From positions 2,976,001-3,040,000 of the forward strand of contig CAKKNE010000006.1 of NCBI GenBank assembly GCA_918797485.1: a stretch of 64,000 nt of DNA. The letters are read 5' to 3'. Positions within the stretch are counted from its first letter, which is position 1. Each line of letters starts with the position of its first letter. The notes beneath the pieces are model-generated. The model saw only the letters and a list, made by a program, of their open reading frames with translations, was not told the DNA's origin and searched no databases. The DNA is from Pelagomonas calceolata. Lineage: Eukaryota. The translations under genes and the position numbers were made by a program. Positions 9,693 to 21,239 of the stretch are shown here, one piece after another.

Positions 9693-11039
9693 ATGGCCTC
9701 GCAGCAGCAGCCGCCACAGCCGCCAGCCACCTACACAAACCTCCAGGCCGCCGCGGAGGACGGCGCCGTAGAAACACGGAACCCCCTAGCGCCGCCGCCG
9801 CCGACTGGCGCCGACGAGCCGAGACCGACGGGCGCCGCCGAGCCGCTGCAGCCACCAATCGAACCGGAGGAACCGGACGGTTCAAAATTTCGCGCGGTAG
9901 TAGCTATAGTAAGGTGCATGGTCGGCCCCGCGGCTTTGTACATCCCCAAGGGCTTCGCCGACGCCGGTCTTGGAGGAGGCCTCGTTTGTGTGACAATAGC
10001 CATGGCGTTGTTTGCCTTCGGCATGGCGCGATTGATAGCCTCGTGGCGCCACGCGCGCGCCAGCGGCGTAACCACACCAGGCTTGGACGGCGTCGCCTAC
10101 GCCTTAGCGGGCAAGTGGGCGGGGCACCTGGCCACGTTCTGCGTCACGGCGATGCAGTGCGGCGTCGGGGTTACGTACTACATATTTGTCGCGGAGAATA
10201 TTGATATGTTGGCGCCGTCTCGTTATAATCTTACGATGGGGGCGGTCATCTTGGCCATGGCCGTCGTCGAGGCGCCTCTATCACTATTTAAAAGATTACA
10301 GCGGCTCCACGGCTTGAACGCGGCGGGCAATTTGTTGGTGGCTCTTGCATTATTGACGATTTTTGCCGTGGCGCTGGAGCGATTAGACAGAGAAGGCCCG
10401 GCGCCCTCGAACTACGGCGTCGGCCCGCCGGGCAAGGTCTTAACTTTCGCGGGCACGGCGGTCTTCGCCTTTGAGGGGACCGCTTCCATAGTAGTTCCCG
10501 TCTGCGACGCGACGGCGCGCGCGCACCGGGGGTCGTTGGAGTATGTGGTTGTCGGCGCGACGGCGGCGGTGGCGCTGGCCTACGCCTTGTTTGGCATCGC
10601 TTGTTCTTTAGCTTTCGGGCGCCGCGTCGACGTCATCGTGGCCGAGTCGCTGCCGCAGACGTGGTGGCCCGGCGGGCTGGTGCGCCTGGCTTACGTCCTT
10701 GTGGTCTTGGTGACGTTTCCTCTCCAGCTCTTTCCGGTCTCCGACCTCGTGTCGCGCGGGCGCCAAGGGTGGTGGAGTGCGCTGCCGCGGCTGGCGCTCG
10801 TCGGCGTGCTGGCTCTGTTGGCGTTTGCGTTCCGGCACCGCCTCGACCACGTCGTGTCGCTGCTGGGGGCCCTGGCCTGCGCGCCGCTTGCGCTGGTCGT
10901 GGGGCCGTGGGCGCATTTGAGCGTCGCGGCGACGCCGCGGGCGCGCCTGCTCGACCGGGCGTGCATCTGCGTCGGGTGGGTGATCTGCGTCGCGGCGACG
11001 GCGAACGCGCTGGTGACGTGGCGGGACGCGGCGTCGTGA
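9693..11039 (+). CDS. Amino acid transporter (Aa_trans/AAAP family, SLC36-like)
   Basis: Many hydrophobic TM segments plus MVGPAALYIPKGFADAG, GTAVFAFEG and TFPLQLFP. Confidence 0.85.
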   Translation: MASQQQPPQPPATYTNLQAAAEDGAVETRNPLAPPPPTGADEPRPTGAAEPLQPPIEPEEPDGSKFRAVVAIVRCMVGPAALYIPKGFADAGLGGGLVCVTIAMALFAFGMARLIASWRHARASGVTTPGLDGVAYALAGKWAGHLATFCVTAMQCGVGVTYYIFVAENIDMLAPSRYNLTMGAVILAMAVVEAPLSLFKRLQRLHGLNAAGNLLVALALLTIFAVALERLDREGPAPSNYGVGPPGKVLTFAGTAVFAFEGTASIVVPVCDATARAHRGSLEYVVVGATAAVALAYALFGIACSLAFGRRVDVIVAESLPQTWWPGGLVRLAYVLVVLVTFPLQLFPVSDLVSRGRQGWWSALPRLALVGVLALLAFAFRHRLDHVVSLLGALACAPLALVVGPWAHLSVAATPRARLLDRACICVGWVICVAATANALVTWRDAAS

Positions 11040-11105
11040 CGTCACTGACGATCCTTGTTGTTTTTTATTTGTGGATATTAGTGTATAGTACTACTAGTAG
11101 TATTC

Positions 11106-12170
11106 TTACGAAACGTCCCGCGGCAGCCATTCCTGCGGCCGGTCCCCATGGACGACCCAGCGGTTTTCTCTCTCGGCAGGAACCTCGTCCAGGTTGGGAT
11201 CGATTCCTCCAAGTCCCCTCTTCGGCCACTTCCCGTCCGGGCTAAACGGTGCCGCAGGCGTAGAATCGGTGGCGAACAAAGCAGCGGGCTGAGCGCGAAA
11301 GGAATGGTTCCGGAAGAACCGATGAAAGCCATCGAAGCCCGGGCGGAGAGTACCCTTTGGGACAGGGACGGGGCGCTCCAAATACTGAGGCGGCGCTGAT
11401 TGTTCATTTTCACTGAAACAGATCTTCACGCATTCAAAGTTTCGAACGTTATCTTGGTCGTCGATGTCCATGTCAAAAGAAAAGTAGGTATCGATCCATG
11501 TCTCGCCGTATTCTTGGGCGGGTTGAAACGGTGAATTCCATGCGGCACACCGGTCGTCTACCGCCCCTTCCAATGCACCAGTGTCAGCAATGGGCGCCAA
11601 GACCCCATTGACCAGCGCGAACAAGCGAAGTTCGAGGTACGGCCCTTCGTTTTTGTGCCCGCCCGGAATCGGGATGTCGAGCGGGATGGTCATTTCGTGT
11701 GGGAAGCCGGCAAGTTCGCAGTCCATCAGTCGCACGACCTTGTAGGCCAAATTGCGGACAGTGCCAGGTCGACTAGTGCTTTCATAAAGCTCACAAATGA
11801 TGAGGTCGAGGTCATATGCTGGTCTGAGCAACAGGCTCGCTGGGACACCGTCGCGCGGTCGCCACGAGTATACCTTGTCAACCCTGTTTGAATCTCTGTC
11901 GTCACGGACCACGCGCCACGGCAGGCTCTGCAGGCACAGGCGCCGCGGACTACAGCTGAGGCTCAGGAGCCTTGCACACGCTGCGGCGTCGAGTCCGACC
12001 GTCCCGAGCCCCAGCTCTGTGGTTAAGAGTCGCGGCGCCCAGACGCGTCTTTCGTTGGTCGTGACGGTGCGCAGCCGTCGCCCGGTCGCGCCAAGCAGTA
12101 TGATGTCTTCTATTTTCAGCGCATCAATGATTACAAATAGCACATCATCTGTGATTCGGGAAAGCGCCAT
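11106..12170 (-). CDS. F-box-like protein
   Basis: N-terminal LSRITDDVLFVIIDALKIEDIILLGATGRRLR...VW fits the F-box pattern. Confidence 0.6.
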   Translation of the reverse strand: MALSRITDDVLFVIIDALKIEDIILLGATGRRLRTVTTNERRVWAPRLLTTELGLGTVGLDAAACARLLSLSCSPRRLCLQSLPWRVVRDDRDSNRVDKVYSWRPRDGVPASLLLRPAYDLDLIICELYESTSRPGTVRNLAYKVVRLMDCELAGFPHEMTIPLDIPIPGGHKNEGPYLELRLFALVNGVLAPIADTGALEGAVDDRCAAWNSPFQPAQEYGETWIDTYFSFDMDIDDQDNVRNFECVKICFSENEQSAPPQYLERPVPVPKGTLRPGFDGFHRFFRNHSFRAQPAALFATDSTPAAPFSPDGKWPKRGLGGIDPNLDEVPAERENRWVVHGDRPQEWLPRDVS

Positions 12171-12390
12171 GAAGCTGCGGTCTCACAGGTGGCTTAAACT
12201 TTCAAGTGCTCTCGACAGACGTACGCGCGGTGCCGCAGCGATTGGGATTGCGCGAGCCCTGGTCCGGACTTGTAAAAAATGAACGAAACGACGAATGCAA
12301 GCGGAGTGGGCCTGCCCCCGGCACGGCTTTGCGCAGCGCGCGGCTTGCTAGTGTCTTTCAAGCCGCTAGGCGTAAAATTTTACCGAAGGC

Positions 12391-13059
12391 TCACCCCGCC
12401 GGCTCCGACGCGCCGCGCGGCGGACTCGACGGCTCGAGCTCGTCGCCCTCACCATCAAAGTCGAACAGCTCGACGCGCCCCTCCTCGGCGCTCGAGAGGA
12501 ACACCGTCGTGTCGTCCGCGGGGTGCCCGACCGCCGGCGGCGACTCGCCGCCGTCGTCGGACACGTCCTCGTCCACGCCCAGGAACTCCTCGGGCTCGCC
12601 GAGCTCGTCGCACATGGCCCGCGTCTTCCGCAGCACGTCGCGACACCGTCGCGCGTAGGCGCGCGCCCGCCGCAGCTCGAGGCCCATCTCCTCGAGCTCC
12701 AGCCTGAGCCGCTCCTCCTGCTGCTCGAAGGAGCTCGACAGGTTCGACATGCCTCGCTTCAGCAATTCGTTCTCGCGGAGCGCCTGGCGCCCTTCGGTCG
12801 CGTCGGCGACGGCGCGGTCGCGCTCCTCGGCGGCTTTCGACGCCTTTGCGACGGCCTCCTCGACGAGCGCACGCGTCGGCGCCGCCGCGCCGTTGTCCCG
12901 TTCGCGCAGCTGGCGCTCCGCGTCGCGTCGCGCCTCGCGCTCGTCGCGCAGGAGCGCCTCGGTCCGCGCGAGGCGGCCGTGCACGCGCTTGAGCTGCGCG
13001 TGGAGGACGCTGACGATCTTGTCTTGGCCGCCCGCATTTCTGGCATCCATCGCGGACAT
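12391..13059 (-). CDS. Hypothetical coiled-coil protein
   Basis: E/R/L-rich helical ORF with an acidic tail. Confidence 0.6.
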   Translation of the reverse strand: MSAMDARNAGGQDKIVSVLHAQLKRVHGRLARTEALLRDEREARRDAERQLRERDNGAAAPTRALVEEAVAKASKAAEERDRAVADATEGRQALRENELLKRGMSNLSSSFEQQEERLRLELEEMGLELRRARAYARRCRDVLRKTRAMCDELGEPEEFLGVDEDVSDDGGESPPAVGHPADDTTVFLSSAEEGRVELFDFDGEGDELEPSSPPRGASEPAG

Positions 13060-13325
13060 TCTGTTTGGCAGAGCGTCGGAGGCGAAGCCAGAACTTCGCG
13101 GAGAGATCGCGTGTTTGCCAGTGCGTGGAGGTGTCGACCTCAAGGAGTGTCGTGAACGACTCGCGGTCAGCCTTGAGCGCTTGTACTGCGGTAACAGGAC
13201 GTGAGAGCGTGCCTGGAGTGCTTGCTAGTGTGTTTACACGACGCTAGCTGCGTGTGCGGCGCGCGGTCTTTCGTGCTATTGTAGCCGCACGCGTACGAGA
13301 GCTGCGGTACAAGATAGCTGCAGCC

Positions 13326-14346
13326 ATGAGCAAGACCATCCTCGTCACTGGCGCCAACACTGGCATCGGTTACGCGCTCTGCAAACTACTGGCCACCGAG
13401 CATGGATGCTCTGTGCTGTTGGGCTCGCGCACCAAATCAAAGGGCGAGAAGGCCGTGGCCGACATCAAGAAGCTGGCGCCGAACGCCTCGGTAGAATTGG
13501 TCGAAATCGACGTCTCGAGCGACGAATCGGTCTCGGCCGCGGCCGCGGCGGTCAAAGCGAAGGGCGTGACGCTCTACGGCCTGGTTAACAACGCCGGCGT
13601 CGGTCTGAATACAAACGGCGATATCATAGAAACGAATTTCAAGGGTCCGATCCGCGTCTCCGAGGCGTTCCTGGAGCTCATCGAAGACAAGGGCCGCATC
13701 GTCAACGTGAGCTCGGGCGGCGCGTCGTCGTGGGTGCGCCAGCAGGACGAGGCTACCAAGAAGTTCTACTCGGACCCGGACATCTCGAAGGAGGCGCTCG
13801 TCGCGGACGTCGCGAAGCAGGCCGCCGGCGCCGAGGGCGGCTGGCCCGGGACGTACGGGCTCTCGAAGGCCGGGCTGACGGCCTACACGCTCTATCAGGC
13901 TAAAGCGTACCCGCACCTGACGTGCGTGTGAGCAGCCCAGTGTCTGTCGCGTCGATGGCGTAAGTGTGCCGTCCAAACCCTCGATACGCGCAGGTCGCTC
14001 TCTCCAGGCTTCATCATGACGAACATGACGAAGGTATCGCCTCGGCGTCCATTTTTGTCTCCACGCGCCGTCGTTGCGAGCCCGATTGAAGCCTGTCTCG
14101 TCCGCGATACGCCATCGACGCGACCCCTTTGCATCGGCGCGACGGTATGCCGCGCAGGGCTTCGGCGCGAAACTCACTCCGGAGCAGGGATGCGTGTCGT
14201 CGTTGCACGCGCTCTTCGGCGACGTCACATCGGGCTGGTACTACGGCTCGGACGCGAAGCGGTCGCCGCTGACGTGCTGCCGCGACCCGGGCACGCCCGA
14301 ATACGAGGGCGAGGAGAACCCGGACCCGACGCGATACAACAACTAG
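13326..14346 (+). CDS. Short-chain dehydrogenase/reductase (carbonyl reductase-like), 3 exons
   Basis: TGANTGIG, NNAG, IVNVSS, YGLSK. GT-AG introns 13928-13993 and 14034-14157 give CVSLSPGFIMTNMTKGFG in frame. Confidence 0.9.
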
Positions 14347-14898
14347 TAAGTTTTTGTTGTTTATGTTTGTGGAGGGCTGGGACACGTAGAACAGACTGCG
14401 TTGTTGCCCGCCAGGTCGTCGGACGCGGACGCGTCGCGCTCGACCGCATCCACGGGCAGCTCCGAAGTTATCTTCGCTGGTGTCGTCGGCCGAGGGGTCC
14501 GCACGGAGCGCGCGGCTCGGGTAGAGGGGGTTGCTTTGTTTGGCGCCCATGGTCTTCGCGCTGTCCTCCTGGGCCCTATTTGGCTTCGCCGCTCGCGCGG
14601 TCGGCGAGAGCGGCCGTGAAACCCAATAAGCCACAAAAGCTACAACTCTGCAAAAAGCAGGTATCGTCCGGATGGTACACGTCGGCGGCGTTACTGGGAT
14701 AATCAGACACCCCAAAACGGTTATCCTTTATTCGATTGCCGAGAGAGCACGCGTACGCTCCGTCGTCGCGCAATTGTCAGAGCTAGCGGCCGGTAACATA
14801 CTAGCAAGCATGCAAGCAAGCACAAGAGCAAGAGCTACTGCTTGAGCATAAAACTGCAGCAGAGATGTGCATTTAACAGCATGGATCGATAACGCACA

Positions 14899-15639
14899 AT
14901 GGCAAAAGACAAGAAGGCGCCACAGGTCGACGACAGCCCCGAGGCCGCCGCAGCTTTAGCAGCCCTCGGCACGCCCCAGGCCTCGCAAGACGTCGTCGCA
15001 TTAGTAGTGGGAGACGTCGTCGACGCGTCGCGGCCGCGCTACACTAATGGTAGCTCGTCGTCGCAACGCATGCTCACGTTCTCCGCGCGCTGCGGTACTA
15101 CCACAAGACGCTGCTACGAGGCGGCGCCGCTGAAGGCGGAAGCGTATACTGGAGACGCCATTTTACTCAAGCGGAGCGTTACAAATGTAGGCGACCTATT
15201 ACAACTCAAACCGACGACCGCCGAAGTATATATAGGGGCCCGGCCGCCGCCGCCGCCTCCACCAAAACCGAAAGAGGACGGCCCGCCGCCCTTCGAGCCC
15301 TTCGACGTCGAAGCGGCCGCAAAGGCATCTAGAGAGAGGCGCCCGCCGCCGCCGCCGCCGCCGCCCAAAACGCGGACGGGCCTCGCGAGTCTCGACCCCA
15401 GGGAGCGCCGGTCCGTCGCGCTGGTCGTCGAGGGCCTCGAGGCTTCAGAGGATGGTGGCGTCGTCATTAGAGCCGGCGGCGAGCGCTTGATGGCGTCGGT
15501 GCCGTTGCGGAAGTTCCTGTTGCGCGGCTCGGATGCGAAAACCGTCCTCCCCAAGCTCGCGCCCCACTTCGCGGGGAAGACGCTGTCCCTCGACGTCGAG
15601 AGATGTGACAAGGGATTTGTTGTACACAACCTAAGTTAG
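14899..15639 (+). CDS. RMI1-N/TDRD3-like OB-fold protein
   Basis: RMLTF...G...YE..PL...G..ILLK...LLQL.P resembles the RMI1_N OB fold, and GPPPFEPF resembles the TDRD3 GPPPFVPF motif. Confidence 0.5.
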   Translation: MAKDKKAPQVDDSPEAAAALAALGTPQASQDVVALVVGDVVDASRPRYTNGSSSSQRMLTFSARCGTTTRRCYEAAPLKAEAYTGDAILLKRSVTNVGDLLQLKPTTAEVYIGARPPPPPPPKPKEDGPPPFEPFDVEAAAKASRERRPPPPPPPPKTRTGLASLDPRERRSVALVVEGLEASEDGGVVIRAGGERLMASVPLRKFLLRGSDAKTVLPKLAPHFAGKTLSLDVERCDKGFVVHNLS

Positions 15640-17135
15640 TTTTGTTTTCCCACGAGACCCGCGAGGTAGCGGTCCTGGTCGAGGACCTGGCGCGCCGCAC
15701 GCGTCATGCCTTCCACTTCCCCGCCATCGGGGCGACAAGTCCCCGCGGGCCCGCACCGCATGCCTTTTATTTTGCGCGGCCTCCGTTCCGGCCACGGCTC
15801 GCCTTTGTTCAAATCGGGCCGGAAGCCGCGTTTTACCGGCTTGGCGACGTGGCCAGCGCGGCCCGCGTGTTTCTTCGGAGGCGGCTTCGCCACCACCCGA
15901 TCGTCGAAGGGACACGCCTGGTCGCTCTCCTCCAACGTACAACCGCGGAACTCGAGCTTGCCGTACGACCCTTGATGGGCGGCCACCATGACGAAACTAT
16001 TGTCATACCTCACGAGACCCAAGGCCGGCTTCGGAACCTTCCAGGGCGTCCACGTTGATCTATCTCCCTGCAGGCCGTCGCCCGTGCATTCTGATCTTCC
16101 TACGCAACACCTCCAGTTCTTCGCGCGGTCGACATCAATCACAGAACCTATACGATCCATCCTGTCGAGGTCCTGCTGCGACCATCTAGGGAGCCAATCT
16201 CGACCCTCAGCTGTAGCTAGTGACGGCATGTCCGAGGGATGAGCAATGGGCTGCATGCGGTGCGGACTCACATATGTTGTCTCATCGACTACGGAGAGCA
16301 TGAACCGCGCGTTCCTTGTATGCAACACCTGGTCCGCCTCGGAGTAGTAGACGTAGTCGAAACTCCATCTGGGATCATTCTGGAGCTTGTCTCGTATCGC
16401 ATGGACGGTCTTCGCCCCCAGTAGAGCCGGCTTGAAGAAGGGCACTCCCGTGATGCGCCGCGGGATGAAGCACTCCGACTCCAAGACGTCGAACCACTTC
16501 AGCCCTGAGTGTTGTCGTGCAAACTGAGCATCGGTGTGGGAACAGGTTGATAACACAACATGAGGCGTTAGCGCGTCGACGATCGACCAATACGTCGTGT
16601 TCAGGAAGTGTCTGCGCATGGCCGGTGCGCTACTACCAGTAGTACACGCCGCTTTCGGGTCTTCGCATTCCGGCGACGTCGCGAAGAAGGGTAGCACGGC
16701 GACGGTCTTGAGCCGTCGAGGCCCCTTGACGCGATGAGACGAAGCCCGTCGTTCGAGGCGCTTGGCCCGCTTCCCGAGCATGGAGAGCAGTTCGCCGTCC
16801 CAGGTCTTCTTCGCTATTCCTCTCGCATCTCGTAAGCCAATACGTCTTTCGAGCCACGACAGGTGCTCGACGGCACAGTCAAGTAAATCGACCGACTGCA
16901 AGGGCGTCGCCACTTTGGCCGGCATCCAGCCGCCGCTCTCCATGTTCGTATTATCTCTAATAGGTACGTCATGCTTCAAAACGGTGGCCCGGTGCGCGAG
17001 CCAGGCGGCCCCATACGCCTGTCCACTCGGATCGCGGCAGTTGTACCATCGTCTTCTTCTCGTCGCGGCGGCGCCGGCTCTTTGTATTGCCGGGCGCTGT
17101 GCTGCTACGATCGATGCGACGAGCAGCAGCCTCAT
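15636..17135 (-). CDS. Hypothetical secreted protein, possibly glycosyltransferase-like
   Basis: 499-aa ORF with a signal peptide and a FDYVYYSEADQVL motif. Confidence 0.6.
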   Translation of the reverse strand: MRLLLVASIVAAQRPAIQRAGAAATRRRRWYNCRDPSGQAYGAAWLAHRATVLKHDVPIRDNTNMESGGWMPAKVATPLQSVDLLDCAVEHLSWLERRIGLRDARGIAKKTWDGELLSMLGKRAKRLERRASSHRVKGPRRLKTVAVLPFFATSPECEDPKAACTTGSSAPAMRRHFLNTTYWSIVDALTPHVVLSTCSHTDAQFARQHSGLKWFDVLESECFIPRRITGVPFFKPALLGAKTVHAIRDKLQNDPRWSFDYVYYSEADQVLHTRNARFMLSVVDETTYVSPHRMQPIAHPSDMPSLATAEGRDWLPRWSQQDLDRMDRIGSVIDVDRAKNWRCCVGRSECTGDGLQGDRSTWTPWKVPKPALGLVRYDNSFVMVAAHQGSYGKLEFRGCTLEESDQACPFDDRVVAKPPPKKHAGRAGHVAKPVKRGFRPDLNKGEPWPERRPRKIKGMRCGPAGTCRPDGGEVEGMTRAARQVLDQDRYLAGLVGKQN

Positions 17136-17485
17136 CGCATCGATGGCGTACGCCTGCAGCGATGACCAACGACAGCCCCAACGTCCCGGCTGATTGATGC
17201 GTCACTGATGAGAGTATCTGAGCGTCCAGGAGGCAGCGATTCGAGCCGCGCGACTGCGTTTCACGGCTGTCCAAATTTCAGCAGCTAGCGGCATGTAAGA
17301 CACTAGGAATCATTCCTGCTGCGCTGCGCGCTAATTGTACCACCCGACGCTGTCGACGCGGCCTTGGAGCCCTTCGCATCGCCACTGGCAGCCTGGGGCG
17401 CCGCCCACTAGTCCTAGCACCGCCGCCGCCGCCACCGAAAGAAAGAAACCTCCTAGAATTGTGTTACGACGCGCGAGCGAGCGAC

Positions 17486-20400
17486 CTAGATCATCCCCTC
17501 CGTCGACAGGATCGACGCGACGACGTAGACGAACCAGAGGCCCACCAGCAACGCCGCGTGGCGCTTCGCCGACGCCTTGGGCCCGCCGAGCTCCGCACCG
17601 ATCGTCACCCGTCGGTAGTACAGGACCGCGATCGTCGTCAGGGCGCAGATCGTGAAGACCGCTACCGACAATCCAAGGGAGCCGGCCGGCACGATGAACC
17701 CAATCGGTTCGGTTTCGCCAAAACCAATATTCCGCCCTCCGTCGGGGCCCAACTTTCCCCTGACATCCATCATGCGCGTCGGCGCTGGTGTCGCAGTGGC
17801 TACTGCCGGCGGGTACTTTGTGCCTCCCCGCCCGACGATCGTCCCGTCGCCGGCCACCGCATATTTACCGCCATAGGTCTTGAGCCAGGCTTCTTCGTGG
17901 TCGTCCGAATACAGCCCAAAGCCCCAGTAGATCGCCGCGATGGACCACGGTAAACCCAATCCTAAGAACACATTGACCGCATTCGACCCAGTGACGTTCC
18001 CGACCGCGGCGTCCGCGCTGTCGTCGTTTATTGTGGCCGCTTTCGAGGCAAACGCGTCCGGTAAGGACGTACCGAGCGCCACGAACGTGATCGCCGTGAC
18101 CACGTCCTTCAGCCCGAGGCAGCAGCCCATGAGCGCCGCGAGGTCACCGATAAAGGCCGTCACGACGCCAATATATATTAATGCTTGGAAGAAGCAGAGC
18201 CAGCCCCCAGCATATGAGGTAGGTGCGACCGTGGCGAAGATGAGCTTCCACGGTAAGGTGATGATATGTAGTACCATGCTATCACCGGGGTCGAGGGCCT
18301 CCTGAAATTGGTGCGCCCAGCCTTGCGAACCCACAGCGAAGCCCGACCCGTCATTGGCCTGCAAGTAGGCGTGGATGTCGTCCATGTGCTTCTTCTCGTC
18401 GGCGTCGGCTACTACATGTACTATTTGTTTAGTATGATGTCCTAATGAGGGCTGCCGCTCCTTGTGGTCGCTGCGCACGTTCTCCAGTTGTACCGTGAAC
18501 TCGACGCCGTCCTCCAGCCCCGTGTGCAGCAACTCCACCTCGAGGAACTTTTCGACTTCCGTGTTGTGGAAGGTAATGGGGTGATTGGACGCTTTATAAT
18601 GTTTCCCGTTTACTGCAGAACCATCAATAAACTTGCAATCCACATGAACCTCGCCGTTCGCCCCGTTGAACCTTCCTACTCTTATTTTTGCGTGGCCCGC
18701 CTTCTCCGACGCTGTTACTGGTGGTAAACGCGTGGGAGAGCCCTCCTTGGGCGCTTGGAACCTGCGCGGAGCATCGTATTCACTGGAAACGGTCCGAACG
18801 GCCCCAAATTCGACAAAGAAACCCCCCACGACCTCGTCCGATGGACACGAGTCGCGTCGATGGCCTGAAGGCGCCTCTACACGACGGGACGCCGGGTTCG
18901 CACGCTATCACGCCCGGCTCGTCGTCGTCGATGATCGTCACTTCCGCGGTCCGGTTGTCCTCGTTCTTCAAGTCGATGAGCTGCGTTTCTTCCATTTCCC
19001 CATCTGTCGTGCATTCTAGACTGATGAGGTCGACGTAGAAGACCTGCGCGGAGCGTCGCGGTCGCTCGACGAGGTCCGGGACTGTCTCTGTTCCTTCGCG
19101 AGGCGCGTAGACTCTCGTGCGGTCGCGTCGATGGCGTCGCGGTGGCGTGACGTCGCGCTGACGCCATCTTCATGAAAGCGGTCCCTCCGACACGCCGCGA
19201 CGGCCCCGACGCGGTCCGAAACAGCTCAAAATTGCACCCACGGCATCGTGCGATGGCCACGAGTCACATGGGACGCCGCGCGCGCGCCTCGTCGACCTCG
19301 GTCTCGACGTCGTCGTAGACCGTGACCGTGATGCTCTGGAAGTTTTCTCCATCGGTAAAAACGAGTTCGCCGCTCGACTTCTCGAAGTCGCCCTTCTTGG
19401 CGGCGCCGGGGTCCGAACCTTTGGCCGTGCCGTCGCGCGTGCTCCATTTGACCTTCATGGTCCCGGTCGGCGGCGTCCGCGTCACGTTGAGCGTCACACT
19501 CCCATCAGACTCAAGTAGGGCGTACTTCGTGTTGATCTTGCCCTTCGCATCCGAAAAGAAGGCGCGCGGGCCGTGCTTCTTGCCTCCCGAGATCTTCGCG
19601 AGGTACTTCTCGAGGGCTGCCGGATCTGGGGCATTTTGCTGAATGGCCTTCTTGCCTATCGCCGATCGTGTAGCATTCATCCTTTGAACAGCTCTAGAAG
19701 GTTTGGCCTTCTTCGTCGTCTTCGACAGCTTCGCGATGATCTCTTGGCGTTCTTCGTGCGTCGTGTGGGGGTGCCGTAATTTGGCCATGAGTTCCCGAAA
19801 ATCATACGAGTGGAAGTGCAGGCCGCCGATGGCCGTGACTCTGCTCTCTGGTGCGACCTTCGACGCGCATTTGTCGAGCCACCCTTTGTCGGCGGCGAAC
19901 GCGAGTGCCGTGAGTAGCGGGAAGAAGAGGAAGGTTAATATAGCTTCCCAGGGTTCGACAATGTCCGGCGAGGAGACCATGAGGATGATAAGTAACCAGA
20001 TGTAGGCGAAGACCTGCGCGGAGCATCGTTGTGATGTGGCGTCGCGTCGACGGCGTCTCGTGACGACGCCATCGACGCGGCCCGAAACGGCTCAAACTCG
20101 ACAAAGAAACCACTCTACACGACGGGACGCCGCGACGCACCGAGAAAAAACCCGTCACTTTGTAGACGGTCACTTCCTCAATTTTCCGAGTTTCTCCATC
20201 TGGTAATGACACCACACAAATAGCGATGATGCAGAACAGGTTGAAGGCCGCGCTACCCACGATCGTCGACGGCCCCAGATCGCCCGTGAAGAAGTCGTTG
20301 CTCAGAATTTCGATGACCGACAAAAGGATCTCTGGCGCTGAAGACCCGAGGGCCATCAATGTCAAATTGGCGACGGTCGCGTTCCAGACCTTGTACGTGA

Positions 20401-20799
20401 TGTCCGTGCCCGGTACCCGTTTTTCTTTACTCGTGATCGTCCTGCGCGGAATGGCCTCAAAGTCGACAAAGAAACCAGCCACAACATGATACGAGTCGTA
20501 TGGAAGTGAAGGCACCGACGTGGGACGCCGCGAGCGCACTCGATCGCGGCCATGAAGATGTCCGCAATTATGGAAACGCCGAGGAAGAACCATAAGAGAC
20601 CAAGTAAATAATACAAGGCTCGGAAGTACAGGAAGCCCCGGCCCCATTCGGCAGCGGTCGACAGCTCCTGCTCGCTGTCTCCAAAAAAGGGCAGGAACAG
20701 TCCACTTTGCCCGGGGTGGCAGATCTTGTCCCTCGCGGCCCATGCGGTGGCGGCTAGCAGTATCAGTACATGCTTCGCGTGCTTCGATGGGTCCTTCAT
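17486..20799 (-). CDS. NCX: Na+/Ca2+ exchanger (NCX/SLC8 family) with Calx-beta domains, 5 exons
   Basis: Alpha-1 repeat [24 protein letters not shown] and [12 protein letters not shown]; alpha-2 repeat [15 protein letters not shown] and [15 protein letters not shown]. Introns 20442-20539, 20014-20140, 19044-19287 (GC-AG) and 18762-18903 restore the frame. Confidence 0.95.
18762..18903 (-). mobile_element. Introner-like intron, family B
   Basis: Its 3' ~60 nt is nearly identical to intron 22018-22159 of a different gene, and both are 142 bp. Confidence 0.8.
19044..19287 (-). mobile_element. GC-AG introner-like intron, family B-related
   Basis: GAG|GCGCGCGCGCGGCGTCCC...CTCCGCGCAG|GTC gives EVDE-VFYVDL. 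Shares internal segments with the sirtuin intron. Confidence 0.7.
20014..20140 (-). mobile_element. Introner-like intron, family B
   Basis: GTGCGTCGCGGCGTCCC...GGTTTCTTTGTCGAGTTTG...ATGCTCCGCGCAG. Confidence 0.75.
20442..20539 (-). mobile_element. Introner-like intron, family B
   Basis: GTGCGCTCGCGGCGTCCC...GGTGCCTTCACTTC...GGTTTCTTTGTCGAC...TCCGCGCAG. Confidence 0.75.
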
Positions 20800-21239
20800 C
20801 GTGGCGTGCCGGCTGCTGCTGTGCTGTGGGGGCAGCCCCCTACTACACGCACGGCGGGGCGGGCGGCGCCTCGGAGGGCTCGGACCGCACGCGCGTCGAT
20901 GGCGCCTGGTGCTGCCTGATTGCCTTCCCGGCCCCGGCTTCCGCTCGGGCTGCCGCCTCTGCGAGAGCGCTGCCGGGGGGCTTTTGCATCGAACGGACCT
21001 GAAACCAAAAGCGACGCCGGGGCGCCCCTCCGCCGCCGGGGGAGGCCGTTTTCATAGCTCCCCGGACTGCTGGGCTGACGCCGCCCCGCGGGGAGCGCTC
21101 GCCGGTCGCCGAGCCGCGGCGACGACGCGCGGCGCCTGGACTCTACTCATCCTTAGCACGCGTAGCCGCGAGCGCGAACTGTACCCGCTGACGCCGTCGC
21201 CGCGACGAGAACTGCGCCGCGCCGCCGCCGCGACGAGTA

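Noticed and set aside
14361..14715. Possible small minus-strand gene (MGAKQSNPLY...) divergent from 14899
   Set aside because: Motif A nearby is suggestive, but I could not establish a consistent reading frame or homology.
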